From assembly GCA_951406725.2 (NCBI GenBank), contig OX597823.1:68510001-68574000 (forward strand): a DNA stretch of 64,000 bases. The letters are read 5' to 3'. The stretch's first letter is position 1; each line of letters begins with the position of its first letter. The DNA is from Octopus vulgaris. Lineage: Eukaryota. This document shows, piece after piece, positions 51,900 through 64,000 of this stretch. A model generated the notes under the pieces. The model was not told the origin of the DNA and did not search any database. It saw only the letters and a list, made by a program, of their open reading frames with translations. A program made the position numbers and the translations under genes.

Positions 51900-52490
51900 A
51901 ATCTGCTACATTGCTAAATCACTGAAACTTAATATGTCTACAGTGGGAAAATATGTGCCAACAGAGACAAAATTAAGTCTAGTGTTCCAGAGTTTACTTC
52001 TTTAACATGTTTTTTTTTATGGATTTAATGTGATGCTTAAAATTGATTGCTTCTTAAGTATTGGATCAAAGCTCTGACTCACTGTTTCTATTCACAAGAA
52101 GCCAATAATCTGTATGAAAATTTACATAAAAAGGAATTTGCAAAACATTTTCTGGATTGCAAAAGCTGGAATCAAAGGTTTAAGAAGTGCTTGAACATGT
52201 ACAACATAAAAGACTGAAGCTGCTAGTGCTGATACAGAGGTTAATACTAATTATCTTGAGCAGCTGAAGAAAATGATTGCTGATGAGGGTATACACTTAT
52301 GATGAAACTACTTTTCTGGAAGCACCATGCCTTCTAGAACTATTATTTCTTAAAAGGAAGCTCAAATCCAGGATTTAAAAGTTCAAAAAATTGTATGCAT
52401 CTTCTAGGAGAAAATATTGGTGATGATATGAAATTAAAATCCATATTTGTTTATCATTCCAAAAATGTAAGGGCTTTCAAGGAGCACGAA
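51900..52490 (+). pseudogene. Tigger/pogo transposase relic
   Basis: RFKK, EAASADTE, LKKMI.DEG, DET..FWK.MPSRT.I, PGFK.SK, MKLK..FVYHSKN.RAFK across frameshifts. Confidence 0.85.
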
Positions 52491-52883
52491 ATTTAATCCA
52501 ATTTGAAATTCAAATAAGATGAACTTGTTTGAAGTTGAACTCTTTGAATTTCAAATCAAAGGGCATTTTTTTGAAATGTGGGTTACACACACTTGAAGAT
52601 TGCAGTAATGTGAAACTTGAGCCATACTTTCAGTTTCACTTTCACTAAAATATATACACACACAATATATGTGTGTGTGTGTATACACTTGTGTATGTGT
52701 GTGTGTATGCATGCATTTGTGTGTGTGTGTGTGTGTGTGTATGATGATTTCACTTAGGCACAACAATACCAATAACCAGTAGTTAGATCTCAATACATTT
52801 ATACTTTAGAGTAGAGTGTCAGGAGAATACAGAGTAAAATAGGAATTAATGAATGACAACAGAACAGGAGATACATAATCACT

Positions 52884-52970
52884 TTCATTAGCTTACAGTT
52901 ATTTCGGCTATAAGAAGCAGCGCACTCAGAGCTGAGTGCTTATGTAACAGTCCATAACTTCCTTGAGACA
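52884..52970 (-). ncRNA. Decayed hammerhead-like motif (family H2, copy 2)
   Basis: Minus strand: UCAAGGA-AGUUAUGGA...GCACUCAG-CU-CUGAGUGC...UCUUAUAGCC-GAAA-UAACUG-UA-AGC. Homologous to 18010-18096. Confidence 0.5.
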
Positions 52971-54170
52971 ATACATTCAAACAGGATGCATATTCTAAAA
53001 TATACAAGTGTGTGTATTCCTTTATATAGACACATATGTATGCCATATACAAACACATATGTACACACACACACACACACAAGAAAAAATATGTTGAGAG
53101 ACTATAAATAATTATATGTTTGACGAATGATGTAGATGTAACTTATTAACAGCTATTAGTTAAGATTTCCATATCATTAATATCCTATTGTGATAGCTGA
53201 CAAGTTAAATTCATGATTATATTACTAACTTTTATTAAAAGAACTGTTGATTGTATTGATATTTTACTTACTAAGAAAATTAATATCCAGATATTTAAAT
53301 GCTTACAAGCAGAGAGATAAAACATTCATTATAGTCATAAACATACATACACTTCACATATTTTTATCCTTAGTTTATTTTATTTATCAACTGCAAACTG
53401 GAATGAAGTAATTTTAGCGTGTCACAATGTTTTTGCTGGTGTATTTTTCATTGGTGCATTTGATATTGAATTTTAAATATTTTTTTAATTGTATATTTTC
53501 AGAACTTTTGCAAAGTGATTAGTAAAATTGTGTAGAAGAGATGACTGTAAGAGAAAATGATGATGATATGATAATTATGAAGAAGTTGAAGTAGCATGCT
53601 CTGTCATTTAACAGAATATATGTCTAAAATTAATGAGCAAATTTCCCAGGTAAAAATATCAGATTAATTCAGGTTTTCAAAAATCATTTTTTGGAGACAG
53701 TTTTAAAAGTTTATATTTATTTTTGAAGATTAACAGAGATAAAAACTTACTCACAGCTGTCAACTAATATTTCCATAGTTCATTATCATCAATATCCTGT
53801 TGTGTGTGTGTGTGTGTTTAATGGCTAACAAGATAAGTTCATGATTGGGTTGGTAATTTTTTATAATAGATCTATTTTTAAGTTGTCTGCAAAGCAAATT
53901 TGAAAGCTAAATTAAAAATTTTCAGTAAAGGTTAATAGGTCAGAGATTTCAGCATAGCAAAAGCCAAGAGAGAAATTTATTGTGCGTTAATTGTTTTAAA
54001 TCTAATAAACGTTTTATTCTGCAATATCTATTAGAATAAAAGCCTCATGAGTAAATTTGGTTGAGAGAAACTAAAACAAGGTTATCATTCACATACATAC
54101 ACACACACACACATACGTACATATATATATATGCATACATACAAGTACATATATATTCATATGCCTACAT

Positions 54171-54201
<31 letters not shown>

Positions 54202-54382
54202 TATATGCATATATACATATATATAATCATATATAAATGTATAGGTACATATATATATATATATATGTGCACATATATGTACATACATATATATACATAT
54301 ATTACATGACTATTTAGATAAACACATACACACACACATTCATACACGTATGTGTGTTTGTGTGTAAGTATATATATATATA

Positions 54383-54891
54383 CTAGCAGTATCGCCTGGC
54401 GTTGCTCGGGTTTGTAAGGGAAATAACTATATAAACATTTTTAGAGAGTTACTTCCTTATAAATGCCAATTCGGGCTTTCTTAGCCATTTCTGTTTTGGT
54501 GTCTTCAAGCCATGAAGTCGTTGTTCTAAAAGAACGCTGGTCTCCTTGACAATGCATTACGACGTTGATTTCTTTACACTTCCTTCCCCACAGCTTCACG
54601 AGGGAGGGAAGGGGGAGAAGCAAACAGGTGCAGCTGTGAGCGTGGACGCCAACTCCGCCGCCATCGACACACGAAAAATTATGCATTAAAATGGAATAAA
54701 AAATGATGTTAAATTATTTTTGAAATCGTAGACTCATCGTTGATGCGCGCTAATAGCCAGACGGGCTCGATATGAATCACGACTATAAGATACCCGAATT
54801 TGGTTAAACTGCACCGCAAAATGTGGGAGGAGTTAGGAATCTAAATCGAAGGGGACAGACACTCACACAACTAGAGTTTTATATATATAGA
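54383..54891 (-). mobile_element. Non-autonomous Helitron
   Basis: Minus strand starts A|TCTATATATATAAAA and ends with the hairpin CCCGAGCAACGCCAGG then GCTAG|T. Inserted in (TA)n with no TSD. Confidence 0.85.
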
Positions 54892-54992
54892 TATATATAT
54901 ATATACATATATATTGTGTATATATGTCTGTATGCTTATATTTGTACTCTGTGAAAGCCACAAAGTTTGAGCAAATTGCTCACTCACTTTAT

Positions 54993-55237
54993 GTGGGCCC
55001 GGAAACAGGTGGAGCAAGGGGTGCAAGCACACTTAAAATCAAATTTTTGCCCTTACTTACTTTTCTCAAGTTTAGAAAACAGTGCATAACAAAAACAATC
55101 TGTAAAAAGTATTTGGGAATTAGCTTTGTTCTCAAAGAATAAAGAACAGAAATAAACAAAATGCACAAGACCTTGTTTATAAAAAATTTTGGACCTGATT
55201 TTACACCCCCTATGCAAATTTTGTTCCCAGGGCATAG
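54993..55237. mobile_element. Decayed MITE (hAT-like)
   Basis: GCCCGGAAACA......GCAAGGGGTGCAA versus reverse-complemented right end GCCCTGGGAACA......GCATAGGGGGTGTAA. Confidence 0.4.
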
Positions 55238-55508
55238 GATTGGCTGTGTGGTAAGTAGCTTGCTTACGAACCACATGGTTCCAGGTTCAGTCCCACTGCG
55301 TGGCACCTTAGGCAAGTGTATAGCCTCGGGCCGACCAAAGCCTTGTGAGTGGATTTGGTAGACGGAAACTGAAAGAAGCCCGTCGTAAATATGTATATAT
55401 ATATATATATATATTTATTTTATCGCATTTTGACTTTGTTTATATATATATATATATAATCATCATCATCATTTATTATCCGTTTTCCATGCTTGCATGG
55501 GTTGGATG

Positions 55509-55560
<52 letters not shown>

Positions 55561-55730
55561 GTATATGTGTGAGTGTATGTGTTTGTCTCCCCTACATCGC
55601 TTGACAACCAATGCTGGTGTGTTTACATACCCGTAACTTACAAAAAATAAGTCCTGGGGTCGATTTGCTCGCCTAAAGGTGGTGCTCCAGCATGGCCACA
55701 GTCAAATGACTGAAACAAGTAAAAGAGTAA
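55238..55730 (+). mobile_element. SINE family S2 (best copy) with internal (TA)n and a nested RTE-A stub at about 55458-55509 on the minus strand
   Basis: TGGCTGTGTGGTAAG A-box-like motif, GGTTCAGTCCC B-box-like motif, CORE-like GGCACCTTAGGCAAGTG. 3' part ends GACTGAAACAAGTAAAAGAGT. Confidence 0.85.
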
Positions 55731-56331
55731 GCCAATGAGTTTGTGCCTTCAAAGACTTTTGAAATGAATGATTATTTATATGAAAAACTTGGGGATTAGT
55801 GACAGGACATTCATCTATCTGTAACACAAATATCTCTATAACATATTCTTTTAACTAGTTATAACGTGGAAAAAAATGGATGTAAAATGCAAGCAAATGT
55901 AAGAAGTATCTTCAGCTATATTTAGGATTTATATGACTGAACTGAAATTTTTCTTGTCAGTATAGAAAATGATGTTGAATCTATAACATAGTGAATAAAT
56001 GAAGAGTCATTCATTATTAATATTGCTCTCTATCTAACAATCTGCAGTAAAAATATCTAAATATTTTATGCAATATTCCAGTGACACACAATATCCATTA
56101 TAAAATAATCTTCTGCTTTAGTACATTCGAAATTGCATAAAAATATTGATACAAACAGATTTATGCTTGAGATATTCTACTCATTAATTGTCGTAACTGC
56201 AAATTTTTCATAATATAAATAAATAATGAATCTATACATTAGTCTCTCTCTCTCTCTCTCTTTCTCCCCCTCTCTCTCACACATGCACACACACATACAA
56301 ATAAATATGAGAGCATGCATTACTGTAAATA

Positions 56332-57050
56332 TAACAGTTAGCTAAAAAGTTCACAGACTGGTCTAGATACTCTCATGGAATGTGACCATAGTCTGTCTTA
56401 AGTGATGAACTGAACACTCATCCTGGGTGAGGAAATGTTTAAAGAAACCAGATGGATCTGCCTTAAACAATGTCAGGTTTTCTTGTGATGTGATGAGCTT
56501 GGTGAACTTTTGATCAGGTGTCAGAAGACGTGGCACCCACCAAGTAAAAACCTTTGTTATGCCAAGTTCATTGTGCAGAATAATTTCAACTACTTCATGG
56601 GATATGCTAATAGCTTTGGCTACTGGATTTATAGTCAATCGTCTCTAATCCATCGCTATGTGGTGAACACAATCAAGGTGATGGCAGTTTCAGGACATTC
56701 AGACCTTGGATCATCATCCTCTTCTAAATTCAGTTTCCTGCTTTTGCACTGTTGTTAAAACTGGAGTGTCATCTGCTAATCTAGCTACCATGTCAGCATA
56801 AATGTCATTGGGGGCTAAACTCTTTTTCTGCAGGTACTCTATAACACCACAATGTCAAATTTTATTCAGTTTCAAGAGAAGTTGCCACTAGTTACTTTTG
56901 AAGTCTTCTTTGAACAGTTAGATGCTAGTTTACCTGGAAAGAAATAATACAATTATTAATAAGATGAGTTGAAATTAAGGCACGCAAGATTTCACAACTC
57001 TAGCATCACTCTTTCATAGTCAAATAATGAATTTTGCAGCCCACCTTGAT
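56332..57050 (-). mobile_element. Internally deleted mariner transposon
   Basis: ILHNELG.TKV..WWVPRLLTPDQK...FLTQDEC.VHH. Degenerate TIRs near 56335 and 57045. Confidence 0.85.
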
Positions 57051-57259
57051 CTCAGGGCTCTACCAGGTAATATAGGATGCTAGCTGTCAACAGTTATCAC
57101 TATCTGTTCCTTGATATATATATATATATATAATCACACACACACACACACACCTGCGTGCATGCACATACCCACACATACCTTCATTTCTTGCACTCTC
57201 CTGTCTTTGAAAGAACTTTTTCTTCACCTATTCCTTTCTGGTCATTCAATATATGACCG

Positions 57260-57460
57260 CATGTGTATTGTTGGTGATTTTTTTCCTCCATCTTCCCTTC
57301 CTTGGATCTATACTTTTTCTATGTTTCTGACAAAGAGATCTGCCCGAAACGTTAAATCCTGCTTCTTTCTTTCTTTTCCTGAGCGTCCAATAACACTATA
57401 TTTGTTCCACATCCTCGCGTTGTTGTGTTTTCTCTTTGTCTTTTCATGTTTGGATTAACT
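57260..57460 (+). mobile_element. Short PLE-like repeat with hammerhead-like motif at 57323-57357
   Basis: UUU-CUGACAA-A-GAGAUCUGCCC-GAAA-CG-UU-AAA. G8 to A change is compatible with CpG decay; stem II is damaged. Confidence 0.5.
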
Positions 57461-60101
57461 TTACACACACACATATATATATATATATGCATGAGTGTGT
57501 ATACATACATACATATATATATATATATATTGGTGTTTTGCTTAAGCATAGCAATAATATAATAATAACCTAGCATTAGAACTCTATAAGCTTCAGGAAA
57601 AAAAAAAAAACATCAGTCAAGTACAGAGTAGTAACAAATAGTTGAATGATTGAATGTCACTCTGCAGCTTCAAACATGAAGTGGAGTTTTATTTAGGAAA
57701 ACATTTGCATTTACATACACACACACACACACACACACAGAAAAGCATTACCAATGATATTGGTAGTGTTGGTACAAGCATAGATTTGTTTGAGATATTT
57801 TGCACATAAATAGTCAACAAGGCAAATTTATCATAATTTAGATAAGTACTAGCTCTATCTGCTTCCTCTCTCTCTCTCTCTCTCTCTCTTACACACACAC
57901 AAACAGACACACACACACACAAACATGAATGTAGCATTGGTAACGTTTTTCTGGTGTATACATAAATGTGTTTTCCCAAATAAAACTTCACCTCATATTT
58001 TGAAACTCTGTACTATGAGTACATTGCATCATATTGCAGAAACAGTTGTAACCTACTGAAGTTCATAACATAATTATTTATTCCTTTGTCATTCTAATTT
58101 CTTATACACACACACACACACATATCAAATAATAGTGACAGAAGCAGCATTACTTGCTTGCTTGCTTTTGCACTGTAAGTCCTTATGAGAGGTTCTCCCA
58201 TAGTAAATAACACAGTATTCATTGTTGTAATACAACGTCCACTTTAAGTGGAAGATAAATATTACCCATACATATACACATAAATACAAACAAATAAACA
58301 ATATTGAGCATGCATACAAAAATTATGTTTTTTGATAGTTCATGGGTAGGCAGCGAGAATATATTCTCTTCTTGTGCCTGGTGTTAAAACACCTGGAAGT
58401 CATAAACAAGTATAGACATTGATGTTTCATCATTTTTGGGACTAGTCAATATCATGTACCTGAAAAGAGGCCTAATGCAAGCTAAAACACTGTCTATGAC
58501 TATATGCAAAATGGTGTAAGAACCATCTGCTGGTATGTCCCAATGTTTCATACCACAGAAAAAAATATAATCCAGTTTGTATGACTTTTCTCTCTTTTTG
58601 TTTTCTTTTTCTTTTAAATAAAATATTTTTAATAATATTATTTTGTTTGTACACAATGATATATGGTAAAGTGAAAAGCTTCTGTTGACACTCAGCAGTT
58701 TCTCTAGAAAATTCTTATTGTATTTCTTTCAAGATTTGTCAGTAAGTACTGATTCCCATTTTCTGGGAGAAGAATAACTTATATATGAAAACGGAATTCA
58801 ACGGTACAAACATGCCAACAATGTATTCAAATTTTTAATACATGAAGGGAAGAAAAATAAAATTTTATTTTCACATCTTTCATATATTCCTTCTCCTATG
58901 AAGGAAACATAATTGTAGACTTACTAAAACATTTCTAATTATGGACACCAAAGTCAGTAGGCAGAGAAAATGCATATTTATTAATTATAATGCCAACAAT
59001 ATTAGAATTATTATAGAGAATTTATTGCAGAGTCAAATTATCATTTCTAATTATAGATTTAACACACAATATGTCAAGCAAATAAACACATATTCTTAAT
59101 CTCACCTTTTATGAGTGTGCTTGCATGTATTTGTGTGTATATATGAAACAAAACTTTTGAACAGGTACACTTTCCTTCAAATATTCACATACATAGAAGG
59201 TTACAGGTGGTGCACTTTTCTATAATTATTTATTAGTGAAATGGAATTTATTATAAACCAACAGTAAAAAAACATGATTGAGCTTCATAAACTACCCATT
59301 ATTTTTATATTGTTCTATCATTAATACTCCTTTAATGATGAAATTAATAGATTCATATAAAATTTATCATTAAGATCTTTAAAATTATTACTTATTAATT
59401 TGAGAAGAAAATTCCATATTACATTTGGAAACAAATATTTTGTAATTCATTTCAGGAATTAATGCATTTCTTGACATAATTACATGTTACAGATAATGAT
59501 CTAAAACATCAATTCAAGTGCAATTTTGTTCTTTGAAATCAATCATATTGAAAAGATATTAAGTCTATCATATTTGTGACACTACGTGAATCCTGTTTTT
59601 TCCCCATGGTATTTCAACATTAACAAGAAACATTGATATCAGTATAAAGATATATGGAAATATGGAGCTAAGAAGGACCTGCTATTTGAACTCAAGTGTT
59701 CTGATTACATAGATGTAAATAAGGAGGACGCAAAGACTCATATTTTACAGCAAGAAAATAATAATTCAAGGCTTTATACTTTGAGAAACTGTATAAACTT
59801 TTTTTTTTAATGTTACCAAATATAGCAAAACATTATTGATATATTGCTTTCTCACACACACACACACAAATTACTACAACCAGTATTATGCAAATGACCA
59901 GGGTCAAAAATGTTCAGAAAGCATTTCTTGCATATAGAGCCTATGTCAGTTGGTTTCAAATTTATCAAATGATGATGTTTCATGGTGGTAGTTTAATAAG
60001 ACCAAATCATGACCACAGATGTCACCATTCCTAAGCATTGACATTTTCTTTGACGTTAATTCTTAATTTCTGGAAATTGTCTTTCCTTCTTTTTTTCTTT
60101 T

Positions 60102-60231
<130 letters not shown>

Positions 60232-60789
60232 TTATGTACAGGAATACATAAAAATATTCAATTTACAATGGAATATAGTTAAGTGAAACAACCGCTTTTT
60301 TGAAATTTTAATATTGAGCTTCAACAATCCAACTGAGACAGACAGATGCTGCAAAACTATAAATGCAAAACAAAATCTAGTCTTTACTTTGTGTCACCTG
60401 AAGCACACTAGAACAAAATATTCCATTTAATTTAGCCAAAAGGTATGCACAATTGTGTCCAATATGAATTTTCATAATATATGATTTTAAGAATAAAGAT
60501 ATATTAATAGACATCATCCACCATTTTCAAATGTTGGGAAGCAATGTGCCAGAACAAGCAAAACAAAATAACATACCACAATTGAAAATGTTGTCCTAAG
60601 AGTTTACTCACAATCCCAGAAACCATAAAGCCTAAAATTCTATTCTTCGAAATATACTGATACTGAAAAAAGGTTCCACAATTAATTAGTTTTTCAAACA
60701 TACTACTATGAAATCTCAAAAAAAAAAATGAAAACAAAACAACCTAAATCATTGAAGAGAATACTAACAAATACCAAATTATATATGCG

Positions 60790-61150
60790 ATGACAACAGA
60801 ACCAACTGTTAAAAATGTGGATGTACCAACTGTAGAATATGTTTTAACTTGTCCAGAGGAGCAGAATTTCACATTAAATAAGGACAATCTCGCAAAGTAA
60901 TGAATGATTTCACCTGCATATTTGGAAACCTAATTGTGCAATTGCATATTCAGGATTTGCAGAGAATTATGGAATAAACTGGGATGCTTTGATTGACACC
61001 ATACAGAGAGCAAATTCAATTTCCTAGCTACAAACAAATATGGCTTAATTGAAATATAGATACATGTCCTGGGAGTTGTCAACCAAGTTTAAAGATTCCC
61101 TACCTACCTGTACAGAGAAAGGACATTTCAAGAACAGTGGATCAACAATC
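60790..61150 (+). pseudogene. Penelope-like zinc-finger/GIY-YIG relic
   Basis: KCGCTNCRIC..L..G..F, then NDFTC..GNLI..I..SG..ENY..TG across frameshifts. Confidence 0.5.
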
Positions 61151-61184
61151 AGTTTACATTCATTGAAAAATATTGACTATCATT

Positions 61185-61186
<2 letters not shown>

Positions 61187-61255
<69 letters not shown>

Positions 61256-61271
61256 TATATATATATATGTG

Positions 61272-61355
<84 letters not shown>

Positions 61356-61539
61356 TCATCATCATTCGGATATAAATGATGATATATATATGATATATAT
61401 ATATGTATATATATATGTATATATATATATATATATATTTTTTTATATATATTATATATATATATATATGATATATATATGTATATATATATGTATATAT
61501 ATATATATATGTATGTATATATATGTATATATATATATA
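61187..61539. repeat. Long interrupted (TA)n microsatellite
   Basis: About 350 bp of mostly TA. Confidence 0.95.
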
Positions 61540-61849
61540 ACAAATCAATGAGTTAAGATTTAATTAATTTATATTTATACAAACTATATAAATAATTCAT
61601 CAACCACCTCCTCTGGTAATGTTAATTATTCATTTATCATATCCCTTGTTACTATCAACAACATCTAGTTATAAAATTATGAAATTATAACAACATCATT
61701 AATTACAAAGCCATCACTATCTTTAAAGAAGTTAAATAATGGTGTGTGCATTTATGTTACACCTTCTATGAATATGGTAGTGGTAATTAGAGCCACTTCG
61801 TTGGGCTTCCAGTAAGGACTATAAGGACTTGAAACTAGATTACATGAGA

Positions 61850-62160
61850 TATCTAAATATACTAATTTTAAATGTGTTAATTAAATCCTTTCTGAGCCTT
61901 TCTTACTGGTGCCAATTCTTGTTATGGGTTAAAAGTAAACTGTCATCTTTGTGTAAGCCTAATTCAATGAAATCAAATTTAATTTGTTGAGTGTCTGAAT
62001 AAAGCTCTTATCACTCCATAACCATCTTAGAAATTTGCATAGAAATATCTGTAAGTGAATTTCAAGGATATCTTCTGATCAAGAGATGTTTAATCATGCA
62101 GCTGAATCATATAATGAGTCTTTAAGCAGAAGTGGCTTTATTGATGAGATGCAATACATA
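61850..62160 (+). pseudogene. Penelope-like RT thumb relic
   Basis: KPN...TI.RNL.RNICK*ISRISSDQEMFNHAAESYNESLSRSGF resembles the PLE I..R.S..S....F..A...Y..AL..SG motif. Confidence 0.55.
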
Positions 62161-63421
62161 TCCAGACAAAAAATGTTAAAAATTAACAACTGCAGCAAGA
62201 AGTTTTAACTTACTTTTCAGTCTGAAGGTTAATTCTAATATTGCCTAATCCTTTTCTAAATTCAATTAGTAATCAATTACCTTGTGATATTAGACAGAAA
62301 AACTATACATCCTCACCAATCCATATTTAAATAAAGATAAACTTATGCCGATAATACGCACATAGTGTCATAACAATGGCAATATGGAAAAGTGAATGTT
62401 AAGAGATAATGATACATACACAGTATAATCAATACATACACACATAAAAGTTCTTAGAATTATACATTTAAGCACATTCACACTTATGAATATGAAACAC
62501 GAAACAAATATGAACATGCAATTTGATGGTCTTAGTCATGTATATTTATCTTGATAGGCAAACATAATGATAAATATATGAAGCCTTTGGAAAAACACAT
62601 TTACATATGTACCTGCATAGTTATTTATGATACACAAATACATGCCTGCATAAAAACAAATGAAAAATATAAAGATATCCTCACATCAACAAGCATATAG
62701 CTAAAAATATGCATACAAATATATAGTAGTGCGTATTTACACAAGATGTAACTTATATAAAAATGCAGGTATACCTGGATAGTACAAAGTATTATCTATA
62801 GATCTATGCAATGTGTTACATAGATCTGTGTAATGGTTTATTGATGTGTTTTTTATATTTATATCTTATAATGGTACAGATAGTATTGTCACTGATGATT
62901 TTCAGGTTTGATGAGGTGCAAAAGACATTGGAGTGACATATGTAGAACTGGTATGGATGAGTCAGATATAGTTTATGGTACATTTTGTATACAATAAGAG
63001 AACTATGTAAATGCTCAACCCACTTACTATAGCAACCAAACTTCCTTAATATATTTTTTGCTTTTGGTTTCGAAATACAAAAATATTAAGCTTTAGAAAC
63101 ATATTCTTATTAGCACTCTACTGTATCATATACCCACCATGACACTTCATAAACTGCAATTAGCCATTGTACAACAAAAAGATAGCTTTATTTTTGTTTA
63201 ATTTCAGTATAGGATGGTAGCATAGCAAGCAAGAGGTGTCAACAATCTTTACTAAACAAAATCTTAGACTGCAACAAAAAACATTACTTACAATAACAAA
63301 ATGCTATGAAGTTGTTAGTAAAGTTAACAATTGATGACATAGGACAATAATAAATTGTGAAATAATTTCTTCAAAATATTTCCTCATAATATTGTATATA
63401 ATATAGTTACTTCAACAGTCA

Positions 63422-64000
63422 GCATCATCATTGTTTAACGTCTGTCTTCCATGTATGCATGGGTAGAATGGTTGACAGGAGATGGCCTGGTCGAAGACTA
63501 CACCTGGCTACTGTGTCTGTTTTGGCAGGGTTTTTATGGCTGGATACCCTTCCTAACACCAACCTCTCCGCAGAGTGGACTGAGTGCTTTTTATGTGGCA
63601 CCAGCACAGGTGAGGTCAGTTTTGGCATGATTTTTACAGCTGGATGCCCTTCCAAATACCAAACACTTTACAGTGTAGACTGGATGTATTTCACATGGTC
63701 CCAACACTGGCTGGGTCACCAAGTAGTTTTTAAGACAAAGAATTTTGAGAAGGGAGGGGGATTTGAAGAGGGGATCATGGTCAGATGATGAGGTTAGAGT
63801 GTGACAAGGAGACAGAAACAGGTGTCTTGCTATAGAGGAGGGGGCATTGGAGGAGGAGATCCAGTGTCAGATGATAAAAGGTTAGAGTGTGACAGAGAAA
63901 GAGGGAGGTAGAAACAGGTGTCTTGCTGTAGAGGAGGTATATGGTTACCTGGCCAAAGAGAGAGGAGAGAGTGAGAGAGAGAAGAGAGGGAGAGGAAGAG
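63422..64000 (-). mobile_element. RTE family A-related 3' UTR, running off the window
   Basis: CATCATCATTGTTTAACGTC...GGATACCCTTCCTAACACCAAC...GTGCTTTTTATGTGGCACC. Colinear with 33615-34130. Confidence 0.85.

Noticed and set aside
55238-55310. tRNA-like sequence
   Set aside because: No complete cloverleaf; it is the head of a multi-copy SINE.
58384-58656. Exon-like minus-strand ORF (MKHWDIPADGSYTILHIVIDSVLACIRPLFR)
   Set aside because: Splice signals are ambiguous and the peptide is unrecognised.

Overview
Eukaryotic, very AT-rich, microsatellite-dense DNA. The repeat families resemble those I recall from octopus/cephalopod genomes; this is an inference. The window is almost entirely intronic or intergenic. 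No complete host gene is visible, only one well-bounded 89-bp candidate exon on the minus strand (27191-27279). It is packed with mobile-element relics: two RTE LINE families (one 5'-truncated copy with a 448-aa RT ORF), R4/Dong-like restriction-like-endonuclease LINEs sitting in (TAA)n and (CATA)n microsatellites, Penelope-like elements, several tRNA-type SINE families, two mariners, a Tigger/pogo fragment, Helitrons and several MITE/foldback elements. The most interesting signals are: (1) several distinct minimal hammerhead-ribozyme motifs, including an intact one downstream of a Penelope GIY-YIG ORF and one with a compensatory G3:C8 core swap inside a 300-bp foldback; (2) a PHD-type C4HC3 zinc finger inserted inside the RTE reverse transcriptase; (3) apparent microsatellite-specific targeting by RLE LINE families. 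All calls come from reading the sequence by eye; no searches were run.
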